From: Takakia lepidozioides | Lineage: Eukaryota > Plantae > Bryophyta | Assembly: GCA_030704615.1 (NCBI GenBank) | Contig: CM060731.1 | Coordinates: forward strand, 81,344,001-81,408,000 | Direction: 5' to 3' | Length of the DNA: 64,000 nt | Shown: positions 35,100 through 46,254 of the stretch, piece after piece | How the letters are laid out: the number at the start of each line of letters is the position of its first letter | How positions within the stretch are numbered: position 1 is the stretch's first letter | Made by a program: the position numbers and the translations under genes | Notes under the pieces: model-generated | The model's input: the letters and a program-made list of their open reading frames with translations, nothing else | What the model was told of the DNA's origin: nothing | Database searches by the model: none

Positions 35100-37110
35100 A
35101 TATGACGGTGAAGGAGATAACAGAGGAGAGCGTGGCCCTAGTAACAGAGCACATGGCGGAGGAGGACCAGCCGCGCGGAGAAGAAGCTGTGAACGAGAGG
35201 GAGGAAACAGCAGCAACAGAGGGCGACCCTGACAACATGGTCACAGAGGAGCCCGACACCCTTTGAGGAAGGAAGCGATGCCGAAGGGGAAAAGGCTACG
35301 CAGATGGGGATGGACGGCTTGCGATTGTGGCTCAAGCAGAGCATCTGGGAGTGCCCTCCCAAAGGACCGAAGGTGATTCTCTCCTTTCTCTTGATTGTGG
35401 CAGTGGAGAAGACATGAAAATTGCGTTCGTTGACCCACACAGTTTTTATGCCCTCTTTACTTCTGTTTTCTGTGTCAGCATTCTGTGTTAGCATTGTCGG
35501 ATCTGTATGAGGGCTCATAGAAGTGTAGACGACAGAGAGAAGAAATATGGTGCTCCTCAATTCAGACATGTCCTTTCGGGACCTTTCATTCTGCACATAG
35601 CGGTCAACATTTCTGAACGCAGAGACCGAAGGATGAGAGAAGGGCAATGCGAGCATCCCAAAAATTGCGTGTTCTCACACTATCACACCCTGCACTTCTC
35701 TCACGGTTATCAAGAGAGGTGAATGAAGGGAGAAAGAGAACCCCCTCAAAATTGAGTGCGTTGACGCACGCAATTTATGAGGGTTCTTTCAATGCCCTTC
35801 TCTCATCCTTTGGTCTCTGCTTTCCCTAATCTATGAAGAAAGGTCTGGGAAGTCTGAGCAGTGAGAGATGTTTTCAACTTCAAAAATTGAATGCGTTTAC
35901 GGAGCTCTTTTATGAGTGAAGAAATGGGTGCGTTGACGCACTCAGTTCTAGGCAGGAAAGGAGCGAGAACCCCGAAATATATATATATAATTTTATAATT
36001 TTATAATTTTTATTTTTCCGCTTGTGGCCCTCCAAAATTGAGTGCGTTGACGCACACAGTTTCAGAGGGCCACAAACGCAGCTGTGGTTCGTCCCCCTTG
36101 AGTCATGCTTCTGGTTTTGAAGGGTAGTTCATGTTTGCTGCTTGTCTGGACACGCTTACTTCCATTGGGCAAATCAAAACCTTTCACAATTGAGTGCGTT
36201 GACGCGCTCAATTTCAGAGGGTCTGGTACCTGATGTTTTGTTTGTCCTTCCATTTGAAGATAGCTTCCGGTTTTTTTTTGGGGGGGGGGGGGGGATTTCT
36301 CTTTTGGTGTCTGTATGGACATGCCTGTTGGCAGCCAAGAATGGTGGAATGGTGTTAACAGCTTATACCTGACGAAGGGGGACTGTTCGGGACAAATACT
36401 AATCCTCCACTCCGATAAAGGGTAGCATTCTTCTCTTGTCTGCTTCATTTCATTTTTCTGGTCACACATCCAGAATTGAGTGCGTCAACGCACTCAATTC
36501 TAACGGGGTGAAGTTGCACTGTTCTTTTGCCTTTTTGCATGCATTCGCTTATTTGTGCTTCGTGTTGTCTTCAGTGCAGGACCCGCCTTTTGAAGCCATC
36601 TGTCTCGTCAGGGTGCACCCTTCTTGGACTCTTGCTGCAGTGAAGGAGTTCAGGCTTTCATGGGAGAGGTTGTTTCATGAACAAATTACGTGGATTCGAA
36701 TGTCTGTTTGAGAAAGTCGAATGGAAAACCATGGAGGAGGGGCCAAGGAGAAGAGTCAAACTTTTATTCAAACTATTATTGAGACACATTCCCATCCGGG
36801 GGCGTGCATCGTCGACCTGACTCTTGGAACAGGTTTGACATCTCTCATTTGTCGGTCTTTTTTCCTTTAATACACAATTTGTAACATCTTAGTAACACAA
36901 TTGTGTCTTGCAGGAGCTTCGTACCATGCTTGCAAGGCAGCAGGTCGGCTGTGTTGTATGGAAATGGGAGGGGATGCAGCCATTTTTACTGAGCCTCCAA
37001 GAGTTGCAAGGGCCAATGCCTGCCGCCAAAGAGAAGAGAGAGTTGTAGTGCATGTCGATATCAATGAGGGAGATGACAAGGACCTCGTCAACGATTTCAC
37101 ATGTGAGTAA
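35100..37110 (+). pseudogene. Intron-containing N6-adenine/N4-cytosine (beta-class-like) DNA methyltransferase-like gene
   Basis: Exons 36748-36832 and 36914 onward, joined across an 81-bp GT-AG intron, give EKSQTFIQTIIETHSHPGACIVDLTLGTGASYHACKAAGRLCCME. This matches the motif X-I-II block xKPxxLxxxLIxxxSxPGDxVLDxFxGxGTTxxAxxxxGRxxxGxE. Upstream exons are only partly resolvable. Confidence 0.65.
35418..36500. repeat. Dispersed palindromic mini-repeats with core AATTGAGTGCGT-TG-ACGCACTCAATT
   Basis: Copies at about 35750, 35923, 36036, 36188 and 36473; degenerate copies at about 35418 and 35885; related copies at about 48444 and 48541. Confidence 0.85.
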
Positions 37111-39956
37111 GTTCGTTTGGTGTTCGTTTCCCAGTTATAGCATGTGCCCCCCCTTATGCCTTTCACATTGCTAATGCATACATGTAATTTGGGGTGGTGT
37201 AGGATATTGAAAGCTATCCTTTGCACGACACGTCTCTGTTCAGCTCAGCCTCATATGTTCAAGGGTACCACACAAATGCCTAACATTGGTTATGGCGTTC
37301 AAACAAGAAGACAAAGCATGTGTTGCCTAGTGGTTTCGTCAAATTTTTGGTGCACAATGTGAAAGACCTAGAACTCCTCCTCATGCACAACCGATAGCCA
37401 AATTCATCTTCTAATAGGTTGTTACAACTAAGGTATGCTTACAACTAATGACAAGCTTGAACAATTTCAGTGCTCTCTCAGGAGAGATGAGCAGATTGTA
37501 CCTCACTGGCAAGGCGACTAGGTCGCATTTCAGTCCAGTGCCAGTTTAGGGTGGTGATCTGGTGTGTTGCAGGAAGTATGGTGCTTGAAAGGCTCACAAT
37601 GTGTCGACACTGAAGATGAAAGCAAAAGTGGAGCGTGTTGCACAGTGGAATGTTGCAGTAACCAGTGGGAAAAAATAAAAAAATCAAAGATCTGTCTCAC
37701 ATCTGTTGTGTTGTCTTATTCTAGGTTGCTTTCATCAGTATACCTTTCCCCAAATGGTAGACATCATGGATTAAATCTTATCATGTGCTTCATGAGGGAT
37801 TTTCTCCAATTTGTGATGTTTGTACAAACGGCATTGATTGTTGTGCTTGGTTCAGATAAATGTTAGAATGACATCCTCATTCAACATTCATCCACTCTCA
37901 TACATCCACTTTCATCCATATTCGGAGCGTGCTGACTCTCCTTCATCCTCATTACGCCTCGTCGCCCACATATGGTTCCTTATGTGCCGAATGCGCAAGT
38001 CCGCGGCTATAGACACTCTTCTGCCTATTCGGTCCATGGTAATAGGTTCGTGTCTATGGAAATGACGTGGCATCAACCACGCTGGCAAGGTCTACTGACG
38101 TGGCGTAAAGCCCGTGAGCCAACGTGACAATAACTGCTGATGTGGCGTGAGCCTAGCTGCGCTCACGTGCTCACATGCTCACGCTCATACGCTTAGCGGG
38201 AAGCATCCCCCCTATGTGGGCATGTTGGTGGTACCGCGACCATGTTGGTGTGTGACAAATGCTCAAGGGGGTGGCACATGGGATGATGATTGACACCGCC
38301 ACTTGAGGAGGTTCTTAGTGGGAGAATGGTGGTGTGTCCACGATGGGCCTTGGATAGAGGTAGTGGGGCATGACAGTGGTTGGGTTGACAAGTGATCAAG
38401 GTCTAGCTAACGGGAGTTCAAGGGACACCCAATTGAGCCATGGATTGCGGAAGGCGAGTAGTAATGAGGGGCTACTTTTGCACCCGGCCTCTTGATCTAT
38501 TGTCTTCAGATACTGGGACTTGGGCGATTGATGACCAAGCGATGATCGTATTGGGATGGATACTTGTCAGCTATCCGGTGATTAGAGGGACCTAATCACT
38601 AGGCTAGGGGGCGATTGTGATATAGCTTTCTAGGATTGTGTGCTTAGATTGTGTGGTGGACAGCGATGTATGTTGTGGCACGGTGCTTAGGAGCACGATA
38701 GCTGTCATGGTTTTAGTCAATGCTCCATTTCATGGACTTGGCCAAAAGATATACGCCTTTGAAGCGGCCTCATTCAATGCCAAATTAGCTAGCACAGTGG
38801 GTGTCTCAGACCTGGATTTTGAGATGACCCTTGTTTTCTCCACATACTGGTCATCAGACCTTGTGTAGGACTCTTAAGCTCCCACAACATCTTTCCATGC
38901 TCCATTTCATGGACTTGGTCATAAGATATAGGCCCCATTTGGAAGGCCTGCTTCAATGTCCAATAGTTGGGATAGTGGGTGTACATAAAATTTGATATGA
39001 ACCTCTCTTTTTCTCCACATCTTTGTCTTGGACTTGTGTAGGCCTCCCTAAGGCTCCCATAACATCTTTTCATGCTCCATTTCATGGATTGGGTCAAAAG
39101 ATACGGGCCCCAGATGGAAGGCCTCATTCAGTGCGAAATAGTTGTTATAGTATATGTCTCAGACCTGAAACGTGACAAGACCATTTTATTTTTTTTTTCC
39201 CCATATGTGAGTTCTCAATCCTTGTGTAGGCTTGTCGCGCCCCCTTGCCTTGAGAGCAGGGGGGTCGGACACATGAGGGGCTGCCCCTGTGGTGGGGGCA
39301 GCGGCAGCGATAGGTATGGGGGGCTGAGCACCCTTGAGTGCCCAAGGCACTCAAGGAGGCGGAGGCGCTCACTAGGTGGAGCCCCGCACACCGGGTTGCG
39401 GTGGGGGTGGCTCCACAAGGGGTGGTGGTAGCTTAGCGGGACTTAGTGGGGGTGGCATAGGACTCACCATGGGGGCGGAGACCTCGTGGTGGGAGTCGTG
39501 GGGAGTCTTGGGACTCATCACGGTCCATAGGGGCCGTGGTGAGTGGGCCAAGACTCACCGCGACTCATCACCGGGAGTCGAGGGTTTTCGTGGTGGTTCG
39601 CCATAAAATGGCATGGCAGTTTGTGAAACCCCGCGAACAGCTACAGAAGTATATATGGGAGTAGTAACCCCGAGAACGGTGCAAGCCCGTTGGTGACCAA
39701 AAACTAGTGAGTAAGCGAGCGAGCCGGAAAGCGACCAAAGAGTGGGGAGCTGTTTCGGACTGCCATCTACCAAAGGAATTCCACTAGGCCCAAATAGGTG
39801 GAGGGTTAGTGGGGGAGCGAAGGGGGACCGTTATGTCCCGGTGAGCAGCCGAAGCTCCAAGTTTGGCCCGGCGGCCAGGTTGGGAGTCAGGCGCGCGCAT
39901 CAAAGCGAGTAACTATGACTTGAAGGGGAGTTTATCGAAGTGAGGTGCGCGACACT

Positions 39957-39968
39957 TGGTATCAGAGC
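39957..39968 (+). promoter_or_regulatory. Primer-binding site complementary to initiator tRNA-Met
   Basis: TGGTATCAGAGC starting 2 nt after the LTR-terminal CA. Confidence 0.93.
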
Positions 39969-40008
39969 TTAGAGTTCAGTACGCGATCGTCCTTGGGATT
40001 GGCCTCAT

Positions 40009-41697
40009 CATGGGGTCGGGCAAGCCAAAGCGAAAGCGGAACGGCCCAAAAGATGATGATCCTGGTGAGCCCGATGGGGGCGACGTGTCACCGAGGCGGC
40101 CGTTTGAGGGAGCGATGCACGTTTCCGAAAACGAGGCCGCTCAAGAGCGGGAGGAATCCGAGGAGTCGGAGCCCGAGGAATCCTTGAGAGCTCCGACCGA
40201 CCAACAGATGCCTCCCATGCCGGCAGCTTTTGGGAAGGGTTGTTGGCGCAGTTTGGCGGGACGCTGAAAGACGTGTTGAGGGGCTAATGCCACTTCCACT
40301 AAGGGCGAAGTTTAAGGTGAAGCCTAATGAACCAGGCACCTTCGAGGGCGTCCGAAATCGGAAGGCACTCAACACCTGGCTCTTAGAGCTAGAGCAGTAC
40401 TTCCGGGCGGCCAAGTTGAGTGACGAGGATCGGGTGGAAGTGGCTCCCACCTATTTGAGGGGCTATGCTCAACAATGGTGGCAGAAACGCCTTCATGACC
40501 GAGGTCCAAGCCCGGAAACCTTGAACTGGAGTGGGTTCAAGGAATTGATGAAGAGACAGTTTGTGCCCCTCAACGCGTCCTGGCTTGCCCGGGACAAGAT
40601 GAGGAATTTGAAGCAAACAGACGACATTCGGGGATATGTCCAGGCTTTCAATGTGCTTTTGCTCGAAGTCGCGGACATGGCAGAACCAGAAATGGTCTTC
40701 AACTTTGTGGGCGGACTGGCCCCATGGGCCAGGCGGAAGTTGGAGGAGAAGCCACCTAAGACTTTGAACGAGGCAATTGAGAGGGCTGAATGTTTCTCAG
40801 ATGTCCCTAGGGGTGAAAGACAAGGTCGTACGGAGCTGAACCACAAGAAGACCCGGCGGGAAGGTGACTCCTTCCGACCGGAAAAGAAGTGGGATAGGCC
40901 ACGCGGCGACAATGGCACGGAAATCGAAGGGAGGGCCTTCACACGTCAAGGCGGCACCCGGTGCTTCGAAAGGAAAAGCGGGTGGAGCGGCTTATGGCGG
41001 ACAGAAGGTGACCTTTGATGGAGTGTGTTTCAATTGCAGAGAGCCCGGGCACATGACCAAGAAGTGCACGAAACCCCGACAATTGAACATGACTCGGGCA
41101 ACCATGGAGCTGTCGGAAGATACCATCAGTTGCTTGGTGGAAGCGGTAGTCGCCAGGACTTGCAAGGTAGGCAAATATTCTTGTGAGTTGTATCAGGAAA
41201 CTAACGCATTGCGTAAAGGGAGTCACTTATTGTTCGTGGATGGGATAATATCTGGAACTAACGTGTCATTGTTGGTGGACACAGGAGCGTCGCACTCCTT
41301 CATGACACCGGCAACGGCACAAAAGTTGGGACTCCCGACAACTGACGTAGGGGCCTCTATTGAGGTGCGTTCTGCAAAAGGAGAACCGCAATTGGCGACG
41401 AGGTTGGCGTTCGATGTTCCTCTTCAACTGGGGAGTTGGGAGGGACGTGAGAACTTCACCGTCTGCGAGATCGATGGAATGGATCTCATTTTGGGGATGA
41501 CCTTTTTGAGCAAATCCGGAGCGGTCATAGATGGCCGCATGAGGGTAGTCACGCTGCCATGTTGGAATGGTGGCGAGGTCTTACGAGTTTCGGAAACGCC
41601 CAAACCCGTGGGAGGGCGAATAAACCTTCTGTCAGCAAGGAGTGGGCCGTGGAGGAGGCACACGAGCCCCAGTTTTTGCTCTACATTAGAGAAGTGA
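40009..41697 (+). CDS. gag: gag with zinc knuckle and protease (frameshifted in this sequence)
   Basis: [25 protein letters not shown] gag, [14 protein letters not shown] knuckle, LVDTGAS protease. Confidence 0.85.
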
Positions 41698-44550
41698 AGG
41701 GTGAAGGCGATGGAGAGCCGAGCCCAGATTGGATCAAAGGGATTTTGGAGAAATACCATGATGTGATGCCGGAGGATTTGCCAAGCGGCTTGCCACCGCG
41801 AAGAGGAGTTGACCACAAGATTGAGGTGATACCGGGATCGGAACCGCCTGCCAAGGCGCCCTACCGGTTGAGCCACAGAGAGTTGGTCGAGCTGAAGACT
41901 CAGCTCAAGGATCTAATGTCAAAGGGGTACATCCGGCCGAGTAAGTCACCTTACGGAGCCCCGGTGCTATTTGCAGACAAGAAGGATGGGACGCTGCGGA
42001 TGTGTGTCGATTACAGGGCTCTGAATAAGGTGACTATCAAAAACCGGTACCCTTTGCCAAGGATCGACAACCTTTTCGATCGGTTGGCAGGAGCGAAGTA
42101 TTTCAGCCGGATCGATCTACGCTCCGGCTATCATCAAATTCGAGTGGCGGAAGGAGATGAGGAAAAGACCGCGTGCAGGACGAGGTATGGTTCGTATGAG
42201 TTCTTGGTGATGCCTTTTGGGCTCACCAACGCACCCGCGACCTTTAGCACGCTGATGAACAGTCTTTTCCAGGAGTGGTTGGATGACTTTGTGATCGTGT
42301 ACATCGACGACATCTTGGTGTATTCGAAAACAAAGGAGGAGCACCTAGAGCACCTCAAAAGGGTGTTCCAGAAATTGCGAGAATGGAAGCTGTATGCCAA
42401 AGCTTTAAAGTGCGAATTCGGGGTCACAAAAGTGGAGTTCCTGGGGCATGTGATTACACAGGATGGGATCAAAATGGATGATAGAAAGGTGAGGGCGATC
42501 TTGGACTGGGAGCCTCCGACTTCGGTCCCGGGAGTGCGATCCTTCCTTGGACTCGCCTCCTATTATCGGAAGTATGTGAGAAATTTTGCCAAGATCGCGG
42601 GGCCGTTGTCAGACCTTCTGTGTAAATCTAAAGTCTGGGCATGGAACACATTTTGTGGCCAAGCTTTTGCTGAATTGAAGCAGCGGATGGCGGAAGCTCC
42701 AGTCTTGAAAATCCCGGAGTTTGATCGTCCGTTCGAGATACATACAGATGCGTCGGACTTCGCGATTGGGGGTGTACTGATGCAAGATGGACGTCCAGTG
42801 GCTTACGAAAGTAAGCAACTGAATGAAGTGGAGCGACGGTGGCCGACGCACGAGAAAGAGATGAAGGCGGTGGTGCACTGTCTTGAGCTTTGGCGCCACT
42901 ATGTTGGTTCCAACCCAGTAAAGGTGTTCACGGACAATGTCACGGTGAAGTATTTTGCCACGCAGCCCAAGTTGTCCCCAAAACAACTTAGGTGGCAAGA
43001 TACTTTGGCGGTGTTCGACGTGGATATCCAGTACAAACCGGGACGAGACAACGTGGTGGCCAATGCTTTAAGTAGAAAGCAGCAGATGTACAAAGGCGAG
43101 ACGGCGCTCCAAAGGAAGATCCGGAAGGCTTCCCGGAAGGATGAGCTGGCGAAGTCCGTGATGCAGGACTTGAGGATGGGGGTTAAATCGCAGTTTCACT
43201 TGCAAAATGGACTGCTCCGGTATAAGCAAAAGCGTCTCTACGTGCCGAAGGGAGGGATCAGAGATAGCCTCTTGAGAGAATGCCATGATAGCCCGCTTGC
43301 GGGCCACGGCGGAGCCAAGCGCACTGCGGCACTCTTGAAGAAAGAGTATTTCTGGCCCAAACTGAGGGAGGAGGCAGAGGAGTATGTCAAGACATGCACC
43401 ATATGCCAACAAAACCGGAGCGAGTACAAAAAGCAAGCGGGGCTGTTACAACCCTTGCCGATTCCAGAGGGGACTTGGGAAAATGGTTTTCATGACTGCT
43501 ATGCCGCTGTCAAAAGGATTCGATGCAATCATGGTGGTGGTGGATAGGTTCAGTAAAATGGGCCATTTCATCCCCACCAAGGAGACGGCAATGGCACAGG
43601 AAACAGGGCGACTTTACTTCGCCCACGTCTTAAAGCATCATGGAGTCCCGAAGGATATTGTCTCGGACCGCGATCCAAAGTTTACGAGTAAATTTTGGAG
43701 GGCACTTTGGAAGAAGATGGGGACGAGGCTGAAAATGAGCACCGCCTTCCGACCTACGACCGACGGCCAAACAGAAAGAGTGAATTCCGTAGTGAAGCAG
43801 ATCTTGCGGAATTACGTGTCGGCAGACCAAACAGACTGGGTGGAACACTTAGACGCGGCAGAGTTCTGTTATAATAACACAGAACACTCCGCAACGGGAG
43901 TTTCCCCTTTCGTATTGGTCTATGGAAAAGCACCTCTGGTGCCGACAAGTTGGGCCGAACAGGACGTTGAGAAACCGGCAGTAGCGGCAGTACTGGAAGA
44001 ACGCGAGCGTTTGTTGAAGCTCACAAAGTACAACATTGCCAAAGATAGGAAACGGTATGAAAGGCAGACGAATCGGAAGCGGAGGGAAGTGAAGTTTGAG
44101 GCAGGCACAGAGGTCTGGTTGAACATCAAGAATTTCCGACTACCTCCGGAAGTCAGTCCGAAGTTCGTACCTCCGTATGCGGGACCCTTTCGCATTCGGA
44201 AGGTTATGAATGAGGATGTGTATGAATTGGAGTTGCCGGCAAACAGCAAGGTGCACCCAGTATTCCATGTCTCCCTTTTGAAGCCTTACTTCAAAGATGA
44301 AGCGCGTCCGAATCGGCAACAAGTGTTGCGTCCGCCACCTATGCTGTTGGATCATGAAAATGAACCTCAGTACGAGGTGGAGGCAATACTTAAGTCGAGG
44401 AAGTTCAAGAACCGAGAAACGGAGTATCTCGTCAAATGGAAGGGCTATCATCAGGTGGAGGCATCTTGGGTGCGTGCCTCAGAAATGGGAAACGCATCCG
44501 AGGCGGTTGCAGCTTTCGAAGGGCGACCTCAAAAGCGGAAGAAGCGTTGA
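41559..44550 (+). CDS. pol: pol: RT, RNase H, integrase, chromodomain (one frameshift near 43480)
   Basis: [21 protein letters not shown]...[19 protein letters not shown], and chromodomain [26 protein letters not shown]. Confidence 0.92.
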
Positions 44551-46254
44551 TGGGGACATCAACCTTGGAGCATGGGGGAGGAAATGCATGCTTAGCCCGG
44601 CTTAGCTAGCTTAGGAATCCGATTGCAAAAACTTGTATTGTACAAAACGTGCTATAAATGAAATGGCTTCCAAATGTTGTGCGTCCTATTTTGTTTGGAA
44701 TGGTGATGCATGGTATGGTTGGCTAGTGTGTAGAATGCATGCTAGCTTATAAAAGTGGGAGAGGTAAATTGGGTTAATCGTGTGTTTGCGTAGTGCCGAA
44801 ATCGGGTGACCCCCATCCAAGGGGCAAGGAAATTGCGCCTTCTTTGGGAGTTCACGTGCTAGTGCGCACCTGGCGCGTGCGCGTACTATAACTGCGCTAC
44901 CGAGGGGGTTGCCTTGTAGTGCGGGCTAACACGGAAGCTACGTGCTTCTGTTCACGTACTATAATCGTGTAGCCTCGGGACGAAGTCGTAGTGCGGCTTC
45001 GGCGTGTTCCCGTACCTCAGGCCAGCATTCCAAGGCGGACCCAATTGTAATGATTGGGGCGCACGGTTGGTTCAAGGTTATCTTCCTAGTCAAAGAGGGT
45101 TCCAGGTGAACCCTTGCTCAAGGTGATGCCAAAAGCGGCATCATGAGCGGTCGCAAGCAATATTGTTGCAGTAAGGCGATTCGATCCTCGGGGAGGATCG
45201 TTCCTTGGCCTTGAAGTAGGCCAAGAAGAGTGCACTGGGAGGAGCTGGAGAGGCTCCACCCTTGGCCGGGACTTGGAGGAAGTCGGCCGAACTAGCTAGT
45301 GGAGAGTAGAGTCAAGTGTGGGGTTTGATTCTTTGCCATGGGACGCCATGGTACGGAAACAAACTCCTTGATGTGGGACGCCACAACTTGGATGTTCGTT
45401 TCTACAAAATGGACAAGTCGATGAGGACATCGACTCCTTGTTGGTAGGGGTGTGTGTCGCGCCCCCTTGCCTTGAGAGCAGGGGGGTCGGGACACATGAG
45501 GGGCTGCCCCTGTGGTGGGGGCAGCGGCAGCGATAGGTATGGGGGCTGAAGCACCCTTGAGTGCCCAAGGCACTCAAGAAGGCGGAGGCGCTCACTAGAT
45601 GGAGCCCCGCACACCGGGTTGCGGTGGGGGTGGCTCCACAAGGGGTGGTGGTAGCTTAGCGGGACTTAGTGGCGGTGACATAGGACTCACCATGGGGGCG
45701 GAGACCTCGTGGTGGGAGTCGTGGGGAGTCTTGGGACTCATCACGGTCCATAGGGGCCGTGGTGAGTGGGCCAAGACTCACCGCGACTCATCACCGGGAG
45801 TCGAGGGTTTTCGTGGTGGTTCGCCATAAAATGGCATGGCTGGTTGTGAAACCCCCGCGGACAGCTACAGAAGTATATATAGGGAGTAGTAACCCCGAGA
45901 ACGATGCAAGCCCGTTGGTGACCAAAAACTAGTGAGTAAGCGAGCGAGCCGGAAAGCGACCAAAGAGTGGGGAGCTGTTCCGGACTGCCATCTACCAAAG
46001 GGAATTCCACTAGGCCCAAATAGGTGGAGGGTTTAGTGGGGGAGCAAAGGGGGACCGTTATGTCCCGGTGAGCAGCCGAAGCTCCAAGTTGGCCCGGCGG
46101 CCAGGTTGGGAGTCAGGCGCGCGCATCAAAGCGAGTAACTATGACTTGAAGGGGAGTTTACCGAAGTGAGGTGCGCGACAAGGCCTCTCTAAGGCTTCCA
46201 TATCATATTTCTATGCTCCATTTCATGGACTTGGTCAAAAGATACAGGCCCTCC

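Larger units (their letters stand above)
30380..38213. mobile_element. 7.8-kb TIR DNA element carrying a SWIM-finger gene and an amino-methyltransferase-like gene
   Basis: Imperfect TIRs AGGGGACGTGACTTCCG...GAGCGTGAG and CTCACGCTC...CGGGAAGCATCCCCCCT; 4-bp TSD ATGT (30376-30379 and 38214-38217); subterminal gacgtggcgtga repeats at both ends. Removing it rejoins the PHD finger. Confidence 0.8.
30361..38345 (+). pseudogene. C-terminal PHD finger of pol, split by the 30380-38213 insertion
   Basis: Left part LRCM (30361-30372) joins CGHVGGTATMLVCDKCSRGWHMG**LTPPLEEVLSGRMVVCPR (38215-38343) across a 1-nt indel, giving a C4HC3-type pattern. Confidence 0.8.
20297..38719 (+). mobile_element. Large Ty3/Gypsy LTR retrotransposon carrying a C5-DNA methyltransferase and a PHD finger (degenerate, with nested insertions)
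   Basis: LTR-like region of about 2.8 kb from 20297, then gag, protease, DNMT, RT, RNase H, integrase and PHD, all on the plus strand; PPT-like AGGCTAGGGGGCGAT at 38601-38615; truncated 3' LTR sharing 18 nt with 20296-20313. Confidence 0.85.
39233..46180 (+). mobile_element. Near-intact Ty3/Gypsy chromovirus (Galadriel-like)
   Basis: LTRs at 39233-39954 and 45455-46180 (about a dozen substitutions by eye); TSD AGGCT/AGGCC; PBS for tRNA-iMet; PPT GGTAGGGGTGTG; gag-PR-RT-RH-INT-chromodomain. Confidence 0.96.

Noticed and set aside
36580-36591. DPPF as catalytic motif IV of the amino-MTase
   Set aside because: It sits directly at a splice acceptor in a frameshifted region, only about 55 codons before motif X, and may be coincidental. 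It was not used as evidence.
40009-44550. Programmed frameshifting in the Galadriel-like gag-pol
   Set aside because: There are several shifts at unrelated positions, including inside integrase, and homopolymer indels between the LTRs point to mutation or sequencing error.
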